Shown here in pieces: positions 1 through 10,500 of a stretch of DNA of 64,000 bases; within the stretch, counting starts at the first letter, position 1, and every line of letters begins with the position of its first letter. A program made the translations under genes and the position numbers. The DNA is from an uncultured delta proteobacterium (GTDB lineage: Bacteria; Desulfobacterota; Binatia; UBA9968). The notes below the pieces were generated by a model that searched no databases, had not been told where the DNA came from, and was given only the letters and a program-made list of their open reading frames with translations. Location: the NCBI GenBank assembly GCA_963816145.1, contig CAWFJP010000005.1:320001-384000 (forward strand), read 5' to 3'.

Positions 1-2
1 CT

Positions 3-680
3 TCGTCCTTGAGCGCGCGGCCAACGGCCCGGCGCGATGAGGCACCGATCGGCGGCTCAATTCTGAGCGGTTTCTCGCATGCGGTCAAATCGCCTTATCT
101 AGTCAACGTCAGTTGCTTTCTCTTGCTGTTCGCGATCACTTCGACGTTTCTATACTTCCAGCAGGCAGAGATCGCCAGAAAGTATTTCGCCGACCGGGGC
201 GCGCGCACAGCGTTTTTTGCCAGCATCGATCTGTGGGTGAATATTTTAACTCTCGGTGCGCAGTTATTCGTTACCGGGAGAACTATCAAGCGCATCGGCG
301 TGGCGCTGACCTTGTCGTTGCTGCCGCTGCTAAGTATTTTCGGCTTCGGCACTTTGGCTTGGGCGCCGACGATCAGCGCGCTCGTGGTTTTTCAAGTGAT
401 CCGCCGTGCTGGGAATTTCGCCTTCGCCCGGCCGTCCCGTGAAGTGCTGTTTACCGTGTTGCCGCGGGAGGACAAGTACAAAGCCAAGAGTTTTATCGAC
501 ACGGTGGTCTATCGCTTGGGCGATCAGGTGGGCGCCTGGTCCTACGCCGGCTTGGGTGGGCTCGGACTGGCGATGACCGGGGTGGCGATTGTCGCCGTGC
601 CGATTTCAGTTGTTTGGTTGGTTAATAGTTTGTGGCTGGGGCGCAAGCAGAAATCGCTTGAAGCGGTAGCCATTGGATAG
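3..680 (+). CDS. MFS-type ATP/ADP translocase (TLC/NTT)-like membrane transporter, 5'-truncated by window edge
   Basis: Hydrophobic ORF open to the window start; motif FAFARPSREVLFTVLPREDKYKAKSFIDTVVYRLGD typical of the bacterial NTT-like MFS family. Confidence 0.8.
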   Translation, partial: SSLSARPTARRDEAPIGGSILSGFSHAVKSPYLVNVSCFLLLFAITSTFLYFQQAEIARKYFADRGARTAFFASIDLWVNILTLGAQLFVTGRTIKRIGVALTLSLLPLLSIFGFGTLAWAPTISALVVFQVIRRAGNFAFARPSREVLFTVLPREDKYKAKSFIDTVVYRLGDQVGAWSYAGLGGLGLAMTGVAIVAVPISVVWLVNSLWLGRKQKSLEAVAIG

Positions 681-780
681 TTCCAAAGGTTCCAGGGGGT
701 TCCAATGGTTCCAACACGGCGAATGATTCTGTGACTTTCCCGGCCATTGGAACCACGGGAACGTCTGGAACTATTGGAAC
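680..780. repeat. Palindromic intergenic repeat with ~9-nt periodic GTTCCAA / TTGGAAC arms
   Basis: 4x GTTCCA(A) at 680-714 and 4x TTGGAAC-like units at 747-780 between convergent genes. Confidence 0.85.
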
Positions 781-789
781 CGGCTTCGT

Positions 790-1326
790 TCAGCTTTTCG
801 CCGCGGTCAAATCGATATCGATATTTTCCTGCCGCTGTATTTCACTAAAACGTTCGCGTAGTTCGGCGATATTGGTCCTTGTCGGTACGGCCAAGTCCGC
901 TTCGAGCTGGAAGATTGGCGTGCCGCTGATCGGTGCGGCGTAGGTCTTGGTTTCCATTGACTCGATGTTGACGGCCATGCCGCTAAGCACGTTGCTGATC
1001 TGGTAAACGATCCCTGGATGATCCATGCAGGAGGCGGTGAGTTTGTAGGGCAAGAACGACTCGGCGGCGCTGCGCATGGTTGGCGTCTTGATCGAAATGG
1101 TCAAGCCGGTTTCGCTTTCGATCTCGCGATAATCGCGGCCGATCTTGACCAGATCGTTGCCCGCGCCGGTGATTAAGACGATGACGGCGAACTCGCCGCA
1201 AAATACCGCCATCTTGCTGTCTTCAATGTTGCAGTCATGGCGGGCGATGAACGCGGCGATCTTTTCGACGAGACCGACGCGGTCGGGACCGACGGCGGTG
1301 AGAATGAGATGGTTGGAGTCTGGCAT
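790..1326 (-). CDS. gcvR: Tandem ACT-domain protein, glycine cleavage regulator GcvR-like
   Basis: LTAVGPDRVGLV...CNIEDSKM and second ACT MDHPGIVYQISN; 178 aa. Confidence 0.8.
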   Translation of the reverse strand: MPDSNHLILTAVGPDRVGLVEKIAAFIARHDCNIEDSKMAVFCGEFAVIVLITGAGNDLVKIGRDYREIESETGLTISIKTPTMRSAAESFLPYKLTASCMDHPGIVYQISNVLSGMAVNIESMETKTYAAPISGTPIFQLEADLAVPTRTNIAELRERFSEIQRQENIDIDLTAAKS

Positions 1327-1346
1327 GGGTTCACGTTAATGAATTC

Positions 1347-1380
1347 GTTCAAACAGTTCAAATCGTTCAAGGCGTTCAAA
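1347..1380. repeat. 9-nt periodic GTTCAA tandem (half element)
   Basis: GTTCAA at 1347, 1356, 1365, 1374. Confidence 0.8.
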
Positions 1381-1404
1381 ACGTCGCAACGCCGAAATTC
1401 AATC

Positions 1405-1487
1405 TCACCACGAAGATCACGAAGGACACGAAGGTTACGGTTGATCAACTTTCCGAACTTCGTGCACTTCGTGTCCTTCGTGCTGAA
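1405..1487. repeat. Palindromic CACGAAG/CTTCGTG 9-nt periodic element (REP/MITE-like)
   Basis: CACGAAG at 1409, 1418, 1427; three CTTCGTG units in the right arm; close relative at 29494-29578. Confidence 0.9.
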
Positions 1488-1530
1488 TAGTATCTTGGCT
1501 TCCTAGCTTAGAGAATGGTAATCGTGCTCC

Positions 1531-2820
1531 CTAGAGGAAGAAGCCGTTCATGATCGCGTCGCGCCAGAGCTTGGCAACCGGAGGCACGATGCCTTGCGGC
1601 AGTTTGTCGTCGCTCCAGCCCCACGAATGAATGCCGGCGCCAAGGGAGACCGGGCGGACCTTCGGCGGCGGATCGAGTTTGGCGAACAAGGGTAGCGAGC
1701 GTTCGCAGCGTTTTAGCGTTACGGTGTCGTCGTTGACGCCGTGGATCGACAAAAAGTTGGGTACTGGTTTAACGCCGTGACCCGACAATTCTTTGGTGTA
1801 GCCGAGGTAGCGCCGGACCAGGGCGTCGGTTTCTTGATGCGATAGCTTGAGCCGAGCTGCGCTGGCGCGGGCGGCGGATTCCAGGGCTTTAGTCGAATTT
1901 TTGTGTATGAAGTCCTCGGCTTTGAAGTTGGGCCGTTTCTTGGCGCTTTCCCAGCGCTCGAAAGTCAGCTCGATTAACATCGGCAGGCCGATTTCTTGAT
2001 TCTTCATGCCTTCGTACATATAACGCGCGGTGTCGCGCCAGGTGCGCAGACGCAGTTGATTGAATGGAAAATTCCAATCGTCGCCGCTGATGAGAGGGTA
2101 CATCCAGCCAAACGGCGAACTGCCCCAACCGAGCAGGCCGGCGATATTGGCGACGCGCTGCGATGCCATCATCGCGAACGGCCCGCCGGTAGAGTGGCCG
2201 TGAATGTAGATCGAGTACTCTCCCTCGGGAAACTGCCGGCGCGCCGTTTCCTTGACCGCTTGTTCGAAAGCGACGGGCCAGGCGGCCATGCGGTGATAAA
2301 ATTCTGTGCCTTCTTTCGCCGACAACGAAACCAGCGTGCCGTATTCTGCACGCTTCGAAGCGTCCTTGACGATGGTGTACTGATCCGGGATGATCTTGGT
2401 TTCCTTGCTCCAAAGCGGTGTGCGTGCCGAGCCGTCGGGATTTTCGACATCACCGGGCCAGTCACGGTTGGCATCGTGGAAATAGAAACGTCCGGGAAAA
2501 GTCATCGTTGCCACCGGAATGCCGAACTTCTCGGGTAAGAGCTTGGCAATCCGTTCCACCGACTTGAAGTCCGAGACGCCGCCGTGCAGGAGCAACACGC
2601 CGACCTTCTTTCCGTCGGCTCCGTTGGGGATACGTGACTTTTCTTTCGGATCGTAGCGCACGACGCCGATGTCCCAATCCATAGCCAATTCGTGGATGCG
2701 AAAGATGTCCTCGGTGATTTCGATGGGCGCTCCGGCTTTGGCTGTGATTTCGTCGTTGAGTTTGAGGACTTCGTCGAAAGAAACTAACGTCGGCGGCTCC
2801 CAGGCAGAATGCGCTGTCAT
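1531..2820 (-). CDS. Alpha/beta-hydrolase-fold protein of unknown function
   Basis: LLHGG, GHSTG nucleophile elbow, HGVNDD and GIHSW candidate triad residues. Confidence 0.7.
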   Translation of the reverse strand: MTAHSAWEPPTLVSFDEVLKLNDEITAKAGAPIEITEDIFRIHELAMDWDIGVVRYDPKEKSRIPNGADGKKVGVLLLHGGVSDFKSVERIAKLLPEKFGIPVATMTFPGRFYFHDANRDWPGDVENPDGSARTPLWSKETKIIPDQYTIVKDASKRAEYGTLVSLSAKEGTEFYHRMAAWPVAFEQAVKETARRQFPEGEYSIYIHGHSTGGPFAMMASQRVANIAGLLGWGSSPFGWMYPLISGDDWNFPFNQLRLRTWRDTARYMYEGMKNQEIGLPMLIELTFERWESAKKRPNFKAEDFIHKNSTKALESAARASAARLKLSHQETDALVRRYLGYTKELSGHGVKPVPNFLSIHGVNDDTVTLKRCERSLPLFAKLDPPPKVRPVSLGAGIHSWGWSDDKLPQGIVPPVAKLWRDAIMNGFFL

Positions 2821-2878
2821 TTTTGCTCCTAACCGCGGAAGATCGCTGCGATGAAACTATGGAATCGGGCCGATGAGG

Positions 2879-4795
2879 TCAACGCGAGCTTTCGGTAAAC
2901 GCTTCGTAGAGTGCTTTGCCGGTGGCGTCTTTGGGTTGCGGCAAGCCTAATAGCCAGGCGAGGGTCGGGGCGAAGTCGATAATGCGCACATTGGCTAATT
3001 TCTGCCCGGCACGAACGCCGGGACCGTTGAATACCATGAGCGTGCGCATGGATGCTTGTTCGGGATTGGCGCCATGGGTGCCGAAGGGTTCGGCATTGCT
3101 AATCACAAGACCGGGGCCAATGCGCGGGTCAAAATCGTATCCCGGCGCGAGTTCAATATAGAGCTGGCCGCCGACTTCGCCGCCGATGCCTTTGGCTTCG
3201 CCGTCGCGGTCCGCGTCGAATACCGCCGTGACTATTTGGCGTTCACCATCGCGAATCGAAAATAGCAGCTCGCTAATTTTCCGCACCAGCTCAGCGCGCT
3301 CTTCCTGGCCGACAATGCCGCTCTTGCGATCCGTAGAATTGATTAACAAATAACCGTTGTTGACGGCCGGGTATAGCACTTTGGTTTTACTGAGATCGAC
3401 GCGCCCTTGGGCATCAACCGAGAGCAGCACTCCCTGCTGCAATACTTGATTGACCGCCACGCGCTTGTTTGCTCCCTGCATGCCATGATCGGACACGAGC
3501 GCGAATAGCCCGCCGCTAGGCCGATTGGCCAGCAGCAATCCAAGGTGCTCGTCGCAGCTGACATAGACCTGTTCGAGAAACGGACGAATCCTATCGGCGA
3601 TCTCCTGGCGAAAATTGGGCAGGGTGTTGTCGAGCCAGCCACGCCAGACATGCTCCGCTTCGTCTGGGAAGGGAGTGTAGGCGACATAGAGATCCCATGG
3701 CAAATGTGTCATCGCCCATCGGTTAGTTTCCATCAATTGATGCTGAGCGAAAAGAATAGTTTCCAGATAGCGGGCCTCAGCGTTGCCATCGCCGCCGTTG
3801 CCGATGGTGCGGCCGAGGCCGCCATTTTGATAAAGAAAACTCGCGCCGTTGCCGATAAAGGCGCGCACAACCGGGCTGGCCTCGGCCACCGATCCAAGCG
3901 CGAGTTCACGGGCGGGGCGGGAGAAATAGAGAAAGAAATCGCTGCCGTCAGGCTTGAGGTCAAACAGACGGAAATAACTCTGGGCTTCTTGACCACTGGC
4001 CGTTTTGACGCTTACGGGCAAGCTCCAGAAAAACTTGCCGCTGACGCTCGGGCTCGCCGGCTTTAATCGAACCGTCACGTCGTTGCCATTTCGCGCGGTG
4101 GCGATGGCAAGGGTGTCATAACCGATCTGCGGGTCGATTGGGTCATCGATCAGCAACCCGACAAAATGGTTTTCGCCGACGGTAAAGGAGATTTCGATCG
4201 GCACGGCATCGCTCAGCGGCGGATTGTCCCACGGCCTACTGGGCTCCTTTTGCACGGCGCGCTTGGTGACGATACCATCGCGGCCGGCGATGAGATTGTA
4301 ACCGGAAAATCGCACGATTTGTTCGGCGCGCTCTTCGGCGAAGGTTGGGATATGCGATACGATAATTTTCATGCCGCCTCTTTGGGCGGCCGCCCAAATC
4401 GGTTCAGCTCGCAATGGAGCGCCGGAAAAACCGGCGAGACTGTCGAGGATTGTAAACTGATCGCGCGGCGCGCGCGGCACTCGATTGCCGCTGATACCCG
4501 TCAAACGAGGCGGCGCGCCGGTCATCAGCGAGGCGAAGCCCGGTGCGGTTTTGGATGGAAATCCAGCCATGACATCGTCCGCAAATGCGCCCCCTTCGAT
4601 GAGCTTGGCGAGGTTGGGAAGTTTTCCGGCGCGCAGGAGTTGCTGGGCAAATAATGACACGGTGCCGTCCCAGGCCATGACGACGGCCTTTTGCGCGCTT
4701 TCAGCGGCGAAGCAACGCGGCGACGCCCAGCTTAGGACCAACAGTACGCTAAATAGAACGGGGACAATACTTGCTCGTTTGCTCATAAATGGCAT
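2879..4795 (-). CDS. Exported alkaline phosphatase superfamily / nucleotide pyrophosphatase-phosphodiesterase protein
   Basis: Signal peptide; WDG, SKT-P...TG, D..EH, SDHG, GTHG, DFAPT motifs. Confidence 0.8.
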   Translation of the reverse strand: MPFMSKRASIVPVLFSVLLVLSWASPRCFAAESAQKAVVMAWDGTVSLFAQQLLRAGKLPNLAKLIEGGAFADDVMAGFPSKTAPGFASLMTGAPPRLTGISGNRVPRAPRDQFTILDSLAGFSGAPLRAEPIWAAAQRGGMKIIVSHIPTFAEERAEQIVRFSGYNLIAGRDGIVTKRAVQKEPSRPWDNPPLSDAVPIEISFTVGENHFVGLLIDDPIDPQIGYDTLAIATARNGNDVTVRLKPASPSVSGKFFWSLPVSVKTASGQEAQSYFRLFDLKPDGSDFFLYFSRPARELALGSVAEASPVVRAFIGNGASFLYQNGGLGRTIGNGGDGNAEARYLETILFAQHQLMETNRWAMTHLPWDLYVAYTPFPDEAEHVWRGWLDNTLPNFRQEIADRIRPFLEQVYVSCDEHLGLLLANRPSGGLFALVSDHGMQGANKRVAVNQVLQQGVLLSVDAQGRVDLSKTKVLYPAVNNGYLLINSTDRKSGIVGQEERAELVRKISELLFSIRDGERQIVTAVFDADRDGEAKGIGGEVGGQLYIELAPGYDFDPRIGPGLVISNAEPFGTHGANPEQASMRTLMVFNGPGVRAGQKLANVRIIDFAPTLAWLLGLPQPKDATGKALYEAFTESSR

Positions 4796-4801
4796 GCAGA
4801 G

Positions 4802-5785
4802 TTACTGCAGCGTCCGGCGCGCTTCGGCGAGGTAGCTCATGTCGACATACTTATCGGTCTTGGGCAACGGTTGAACTAAGGTACCGTCTTCGACCAGCAA
4901 TTGCATAACCTTGTCCATCCCCTTGGGATTGATCTCGCCGTCTTTGGGAATCGCGTTGGTGTTGATGTAATAGCGCCAACTCGCTTCCGAGTGTTTCTCG
5001 CTAAACTTGAGCCGCTTCATGATGATGCGCACGGTGTCTTCCTTCTGGTTGTGAATCCACTGGTCGCCGCGCAGGATAGCGCGCAGGAAGCGCACCAGCA
5101 GCGGCTTTTTGTCTTGGGCGAAGTCGGCGCGGACGTTGAAGACGGTCTGGACAAAGTTCGGCGTGTATTTGGCCGTGGAGCCGAGATTGACCAGACCCAT
5201 ATCGTCGGCGCCGAAGGTGTATGGCGGGCTCAAAATCGCCGCGGCGATGCTGCCGGTCTGCATCGCCAGTAAACGGTCCGGCATGATGCCCATGGCGCGC
5301 AGCCCATAATCGCGCGGGTATTCCAAACCGTTGGCCTTGAGCATTTCCTTCATGATTATCGTATCGCTGGTAATCAAGCCTGAAACGCCGATGGTGGCGC
5401 CTTTGAGATCCTTAAAGGTCTTATATTTAGGATTGGCGTAGAGATCGTACACCGGCGCGTTGGTCAGACCGCCGACGATCTTGAGCGCCGCGCCTTTCTC
5501 GACCGCCCGGATGGTGGTCATCGCCGACGATGCCGAAACTTGGGTCGAGCCGGCGATCAGCACCGGGATCGCCAGCGTGCTGGCGTTCAGCACCACGGCT
5601 TCGAAAAAAATGTTTTCTTTGGTGAAAAAGCCTTTTTCCTGGGCGACGTAGACCGGCAAGTAATTCATCGAAATGGAGATCGTGCTGAGGGTGATTTTGT
5701 CCGGAGCTATTTGGGCATGCAGCGGCGCCCTCGATCCGGCGATCGTCAGCCAGAGGGTCAGGGCAACTATTTTCCATTGAGGCAT
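4802..5785 (-). CDS. ABC substrate-binding protein, NMT1/SsuA/TauA-like
   Basis: Signal peptide, VAQEKGFF, DLKGATIGVS; start moved to ATG 5785 (GGAGGA RBS). Confidence 0.85.
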   Translation of the reverse strand: MPQWKIVALTLWLTIAGSRAPLHAQIAPDKITLSTISISMNYLPVYVAQEKGFFTKENIFFEAVVLNASTLAIPVLIAGSTQVSASSAMTTIRAVEKGAALKIVGGLTNAPVYDLYANPKYKTFKDLKGATIGVSGLITSDTIIMKEMLKANGLEYPRDYGLRAMGIMPDRLLAMQTGSIAAAILSPPYTFGADDMGLVNLGSTAKYTPNFVQTVFNVRADFAQDKKPLLVRFLRAILRGDQWIHNQKEDTVRIIMKRLKFSEKHSEASWRYYINTNAIPKDGEINPKGMDKVMQLLVEDGTLVQPLPKTDKYVDMSYLAEARRTLQ

Positions 5786-5817
5786 CGTTCCTCCAAATCC
5801 GCTCTTCTCGCCCATTG

Positions 5818-5847
5818 ACAGTAGCTGATTGCAATTCGGCGTGTCAA
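5818..5847 (-). promoter_or_regulatory. sigma70-type promoter for the SBP gene
   Basis: TTGACA-18-TACTGT on the minus strand. Confidence 0.5.
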
Positions 5848-5908
5848 CGCGGGCGCGTTCATCCCCGTGCAGATAGCATAGCGAGGTAAATTCAGTGTGT
5901 GCTCCTCG

Positions 5909-7189
5909 TTACAAAAGCTCAAGGGCGTGGAGCGCCAAGCCTTCAGCCACCGAGGTAAATTCTTGACCGGCGCGGACTGCTGCGTGAGGAAATTTGTTAT
6001 CGAAGATGCCGCGGATGGCTGGCACAAAAGACGATCCGCCGGTCATGAAGATCGCGTCGACGTTTGCGGCGGCAACGTTACAGGTGGCGAGCAGCCGGTC
6101 GACGCAGGCTGTGATGGCGCCAATTTCGGGCGCGATCCACTGCTCGAAGTCGCTGCGCGCGACGGTTCGCTCGATGGCGATCGTAGCTTCGCTGAAATCA
6201 AATTGGCTATGCGCCTGTTCCGATAGACTGTATTTGACCGACTCGATCGCTTGGTACAGGCGATAGCCGAGATCATGGTCGACCAGCTCGATGAGCGCGT
6301 CAAGCTTTTCCCGCGCTACGGCTTGGAAGCGAATCTGCTTGAGCAGCTCCATGTTTTTCCGAGTCTTGAGAAACGACAGGTAGTGCCAACGTTCCAAATG
6401 CTCGTACAGCCAATTGGGCACAGGTAACAGTTTGCCGAACTGCGATTTATACTCCGAGCCCAAGCCTAGTAGCGGCGCCACCAGATGGCGCACGAGTTTG
6501 CTGTCGAAAGTGTCGCCGGCAATACCGACGCCGTCATTGCCGATGACTTGATCGCTCAGTTCGGTTGTCGAAGCTTGTGTCGATTTCAATTGGACCAGGG
6601 AGAAATCGCTGGTGCCGCCGCCAAAGTCGGCGATCAGCACAAGCTCGTCATGGTCGAGGCGCTGGTGGTATTTATAAGCGGCGGCGACCGGCTCGGGAAG
6701 GAAGTGGACCTCGTCGAAACCGGCGTTAGCGAATGCTTTACGCAAGCGCTCGACCGCGAAGTCATCGTCGGCCTGATTTTTAGTGCCGCTAAAATGAACT
6801 GGCCGGCCGACCACCAGCTTGGCGCCGAGTTCGCCGAACTGGGATTCGGCGGATTTACGCAAATAGCGAAGCAAGATCCCGATCAGCTCTTCCAGAGAGA
6901 AAGTTTGATTGAAGATTTGGGTTTGGTTGAATAGCCGGCTGGCGAGATAGGACTTGGTCGATTGAATCAGCCGTCCCGGCATGCGCGCATTTAAATAGCT
7001 TTGGATCGCATCGGGCCCGGCGACCACATGCAGCTTGCCGCTCCTCGACGCCTCGTCTTGTTCAAAATAAAGGATCGAACGAAACGTCGAGCCGGCGCCG
7101 AACTCCGCGAGATCGACGGCGCGGTTCGCATGAGCGAGCGCCAAGGAGCTATTGGTGGTACCGAAGTCAAGTCCAAAGGCTTTAGGCAA
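5909..7189 (-). CDS. Hsp70-family ATPase, YegD-like (no substrate-binding domain)
   Basis: GLDFGTTNS, EPVAAA, DFGGGTSDF, TGGSS motifs; 426 aa. Confidence 0.85.
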   Translation of the reverse strand: MPKAFGLDFGTTNSSLALAHANRAVDLAEFGAGSTFRSILYFEQDEASRSGKLHVVAGPDAIQSYLNARMPGRLIQSTKSYLASRLFNQTQIFNQTFSLEELIGILLRYLRKSAESQFGELGAKLVVGRPVHFSGTKNQADDDFAVERLRKAFANAGFDEVHFLPEPVAAAYKYHQRLDHDELVLIADFGGGTSDFSLVQLKSTQASTTELSDQVIGNDGVGIAGDTFDSKLVRHLVAPLLGLGSEYKSQFGKLLPVPNWLYEHLERWHYLSFLKTRKNMELLKQIRFQAVAREKLDALIELVDHDLGYRLYQAIESVKYSLSEQAHSQFDFSEATIAIERTVARSDFEQWIAPEIGAITACVDRLLATCNVAAANVDAIFMTGGSSFVPAIRGIFDNKFPHAAVRAGQEFTSVAEGLALHALELL

Positions 7190-7448
7190 GGAAAATGCTG
7201 ACCTTTCCAGTGTTGAAATCAGGGATTTGCGGCGAAGAGAATAGTTCTTTCGCCAATTCTATCATCGTCGGCAAAATTACCAAGCATGAGACCTTGAACT
7301 GATTGTGTCATCGGCTCGGGTCGATTGTGCCAGACGAAGAATTTTGATGACGCATTGTGCCAGTCACACGAGTCCAACACATGCGGTGGATTTACCTGGA
7401 TTTCCGGTAATCTCTCGAAACTACAAACCTGGTAGACAATGCCGTGGA

Positions 7449-7464
7449 TGGCATCATGATTGCT
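7449..7464 (+). promoter_or_regulatory. sigma54 -24/-12 promoter
   Basis: TGGCAT-CATGA-TTGCT with exact GG-N10-GC spacing, ~115 nt upstream of the kinase ATG. Confidence 0.65.
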
Positions 7465-7580
7465 CAGAAAAGCATGAAAAATTCCGCGGCTACCTCATTG
7501 CTTGTTTGGTTTCCAGTGCGAAATGGCGGGGAACTCTTGCGGACCCAATACAACAAGGATCGGGTAGGTTTTTGTTAAAC

Positions 7581-10500
7581 ATGCGACTCCGACTCAATCT
7601 TAGCCTGCGTGTGCGGTTGTTCGAACTGGTAGCGATTGCGCTCCTGCCGGCGTTCGGCCTGATTGTTTACCACGCGGAGGAACAGCGTCACCAGGCCATC
7701 GCTGACGCCGCTAACGCCGCGCAGCGTTACGCGCGCTTCGTTGCATCGGATATTCATCGCGTGATCGATAGCTCCGGTCATTTGCTGATGGCGTTAGCGC
7801 AGCTTCCTGAGGTGCAAAACGCCGATCATGGCGCCTGCAATCGAGTTTTTGCCAAAATAATTAAAGAGTATCGAGTCTATCGCGACTTCGGTGTTGCTGA
7901 TCAAGATGGTCGGATCCTTTGCAGCGCGTCGCCGCCCGCGGGGCGGCCGCCGATCGGCGATCTCGTAGGCTCTAACGGTACTAATGCGCCACATCAACTT
8001 GTGGTTGGCAACTACCACATTTCTCAACCCTCAGGCCGGGCGGGCTTGAATCTTGGTTTCCCGATTCGTCGGGAAGGCAGTGTCGTGGGACTTGTGTATC
8101 TGGAGCTCGACTTGGCATGGCTAGGTCAGATTGCCAAGGTCGCTGACTTGCCCGAGGGATCAACGGTCACCCTCTTGGATCGGAACAGCACGATCCTTTC
8201 TCATTTCCCGAATAATCCGGGGTTTGCCGGGCGAAAAGTGACTACAGCCGCAATATCAAATGCGACAATTGACAATGGCAAACGAATTTCCCAAGGGATG
8301 TGGCTGGATGGGCAGGATCGCCTCTTCGGTTTATGGTCGGTGGGTGGAGCGTCCCAGGAGCCATGGGTCATGACTCAAGTGGGCTTGCTCAAAGAAGTCG
8401 CGCTTGCCGATGCCGAATGGTACTTCAAGCGTAACCTTGTGGCGTTATCATTGGTCGCAATTCTGGCACTCTTAATCGCTTGGTATGTCGGAGATATATT
8501 ATTCGTACGCCAGCTCAAGTCCTTGGCCAAAACGACGGCCAAGATCGGTGCGGGCGACTTTAACGTTCGCACGGGGCTGAGCCGTCGCAACAACGAATTA
8601 GACCGCTTTGCGCGGTCACTGGATTCGATGGCCGAGTTGCTGCAGCAGCGCGATCATGAGGCGAAAGTCGCCAAGGAGCGTTCACAACGACAGCTTGAGC
8701 GGATCAATGCCTTGCGTGAAATCGATATGGCGATTTCGTCGACCCTGGACCTACGCGCAGTTCTGAGCGTGCTCTTGGAAAAAATTGAATTGGTACTTAC
8801 TGCCGCCGCGGCGACAATTCGATTGGTGAACCAGCAGACGGGGGCATTGGAGCCATTCGTTTGCCGCAATGTCGATAACGCGGCTTGGCGTGCTGGATCG
8901 CGGACAGACTTGAGCGGCTTGGCGAAGACGGTTTTGGAGAATCGGATTCCGTTAACCGTGGCGAATGTTCAAACCGATCCACGTTCGACGGAAGCAGAGC
9001 TCGACAGAAAACTGGGGTTTGTGTCTTACTTGGGAGTGCCGTTGGTCGTGGCGCGTGAATCGCTCGGCGTGATCGAATTCTATACCCGGGAGGAACATGC
9101 CTTCAACGACGATGAAATCGAGTACCTCGCCGCCCTCGCCGGCCAGTCTGCGGTAGCGATTCATAATGCCCGATTGTTCGAAGAAACACGCCGACGCGAG
9201 CGCGAAGCTTCTGCATTGCACGGTGTTGCGGCTGCAGCTTCGCAGTCCTTGGATCTCGATGTGATTCTTAACGAAGTGATCAGCAAGATCTCAGCTAACT
9301 TCGCCTTTGACTCCGGCCATATATTACTTTTCAATTCCGAGACCTCTTTGTTGGAGTTGCGAGCGACGCATCCGGAAGCGGCGGCAAGCCCGCTCGATGA
9401 AGCTCTTTGGCGACAAGAGGAATCCTTCATACATCGCGTCGCAGCATCGGGGGAGGTTGTCGCGATTGAGGATGTCCTGGCCGATTCAGGTTGTCGAGGC
9501 CTCTGCGGGGTTAACGACGAGGAATCAAGCGGTAGGCGTTTTCTCGCTGTGTTTCCGGTCAAGACTAAACTAAAACATTGGGGCATCGCGGTGTTTAGCG
9601 GCCGCGAGCCAAGGCGGCTGAATGATAATGAAAGCCGTTTGCTCACGTCTATGACGCAACAGATCGGCGTCGCTGTGGAGAACGCGTTGCTGTACGAACA
9701 GACCGTGGCCAAAGCCAAAGAACTGGCGACGCTTTACTCCTTCACCACCCTTGCCAGCCAGTCGTTGGATATTCAGTTGCTGCTCCGTCGAACCACGGAA
9801 AAACTCCTCGAAATTTTCAAGTTCGACGCAGTCCGAGTATTCCTACGCGAAGGTGGCAGCGACGTAGTCGTCCTGGCTACACATTTCGGCTTGCCGTCAG
9901 GTTTCCCGCTTCGTGATCGCTATCATATCGGCGAGGGCCGCATTGGCGGGGTCATGAACAGCGGCAACCCGATGTTTGTTCCGGACCTGGCTAACGACCC
10001 TTCATATTGGACCACGGCACAGAATCAGGAGATGCGGAAACTAGGGTTTCGCAGTTCTTTCTTGATGCCAATTAACGCGGCCGGAAAATGTCTGGGTGTT
10101 ATGAATTTCCTTTGTCGCCAGCCTTATCGTTTCTCCGCCAGCGATGTCCAGTTGATCGAGGCTGCGGCGCACCATCTAGGGACCGCAGTGGGCAACGCCA
10201 ACCTGTTTTCCCAAATCCAGCGGAAGTCGCAGGAACTCGAGGTAGCCAACAAAGCCAAGGACGAGTTTCTCGGTGTGATCTCTCATGAATTGCGTACGCC
10301 GCTCAACATCATCAAGGGGTATGCCGATATTCTCAAACAAAGAATATTCGGCGACGTGAATAGCGAGCAGGCAACGGCGCTTGAAAAAATCATGACTCAA
10401 GCAACGGCGCTGACGGACATGATCAACGACGTATTGCAAGTGTCAGCGATCGAGGCGCAAAAAACCCGATTGAGTTGGGGGGATGTCGATCTGGTCTCTT

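Noticed and set aside
680-1487. CRISPR array
   Set aside because: Units are 7-9 nt, periodic and inverted, with no unique ~30-nt spacers and no cas genes.
7305-7580. Long N-terminal extensions in the ORF track (also 18488, 24229, 31592, 38836, 47409, 51471, 53308)
   Set aside because: The extensions overlap promoters, repeats or neighbouring genes; downstream ATGs have better RBS or family-typical starts.
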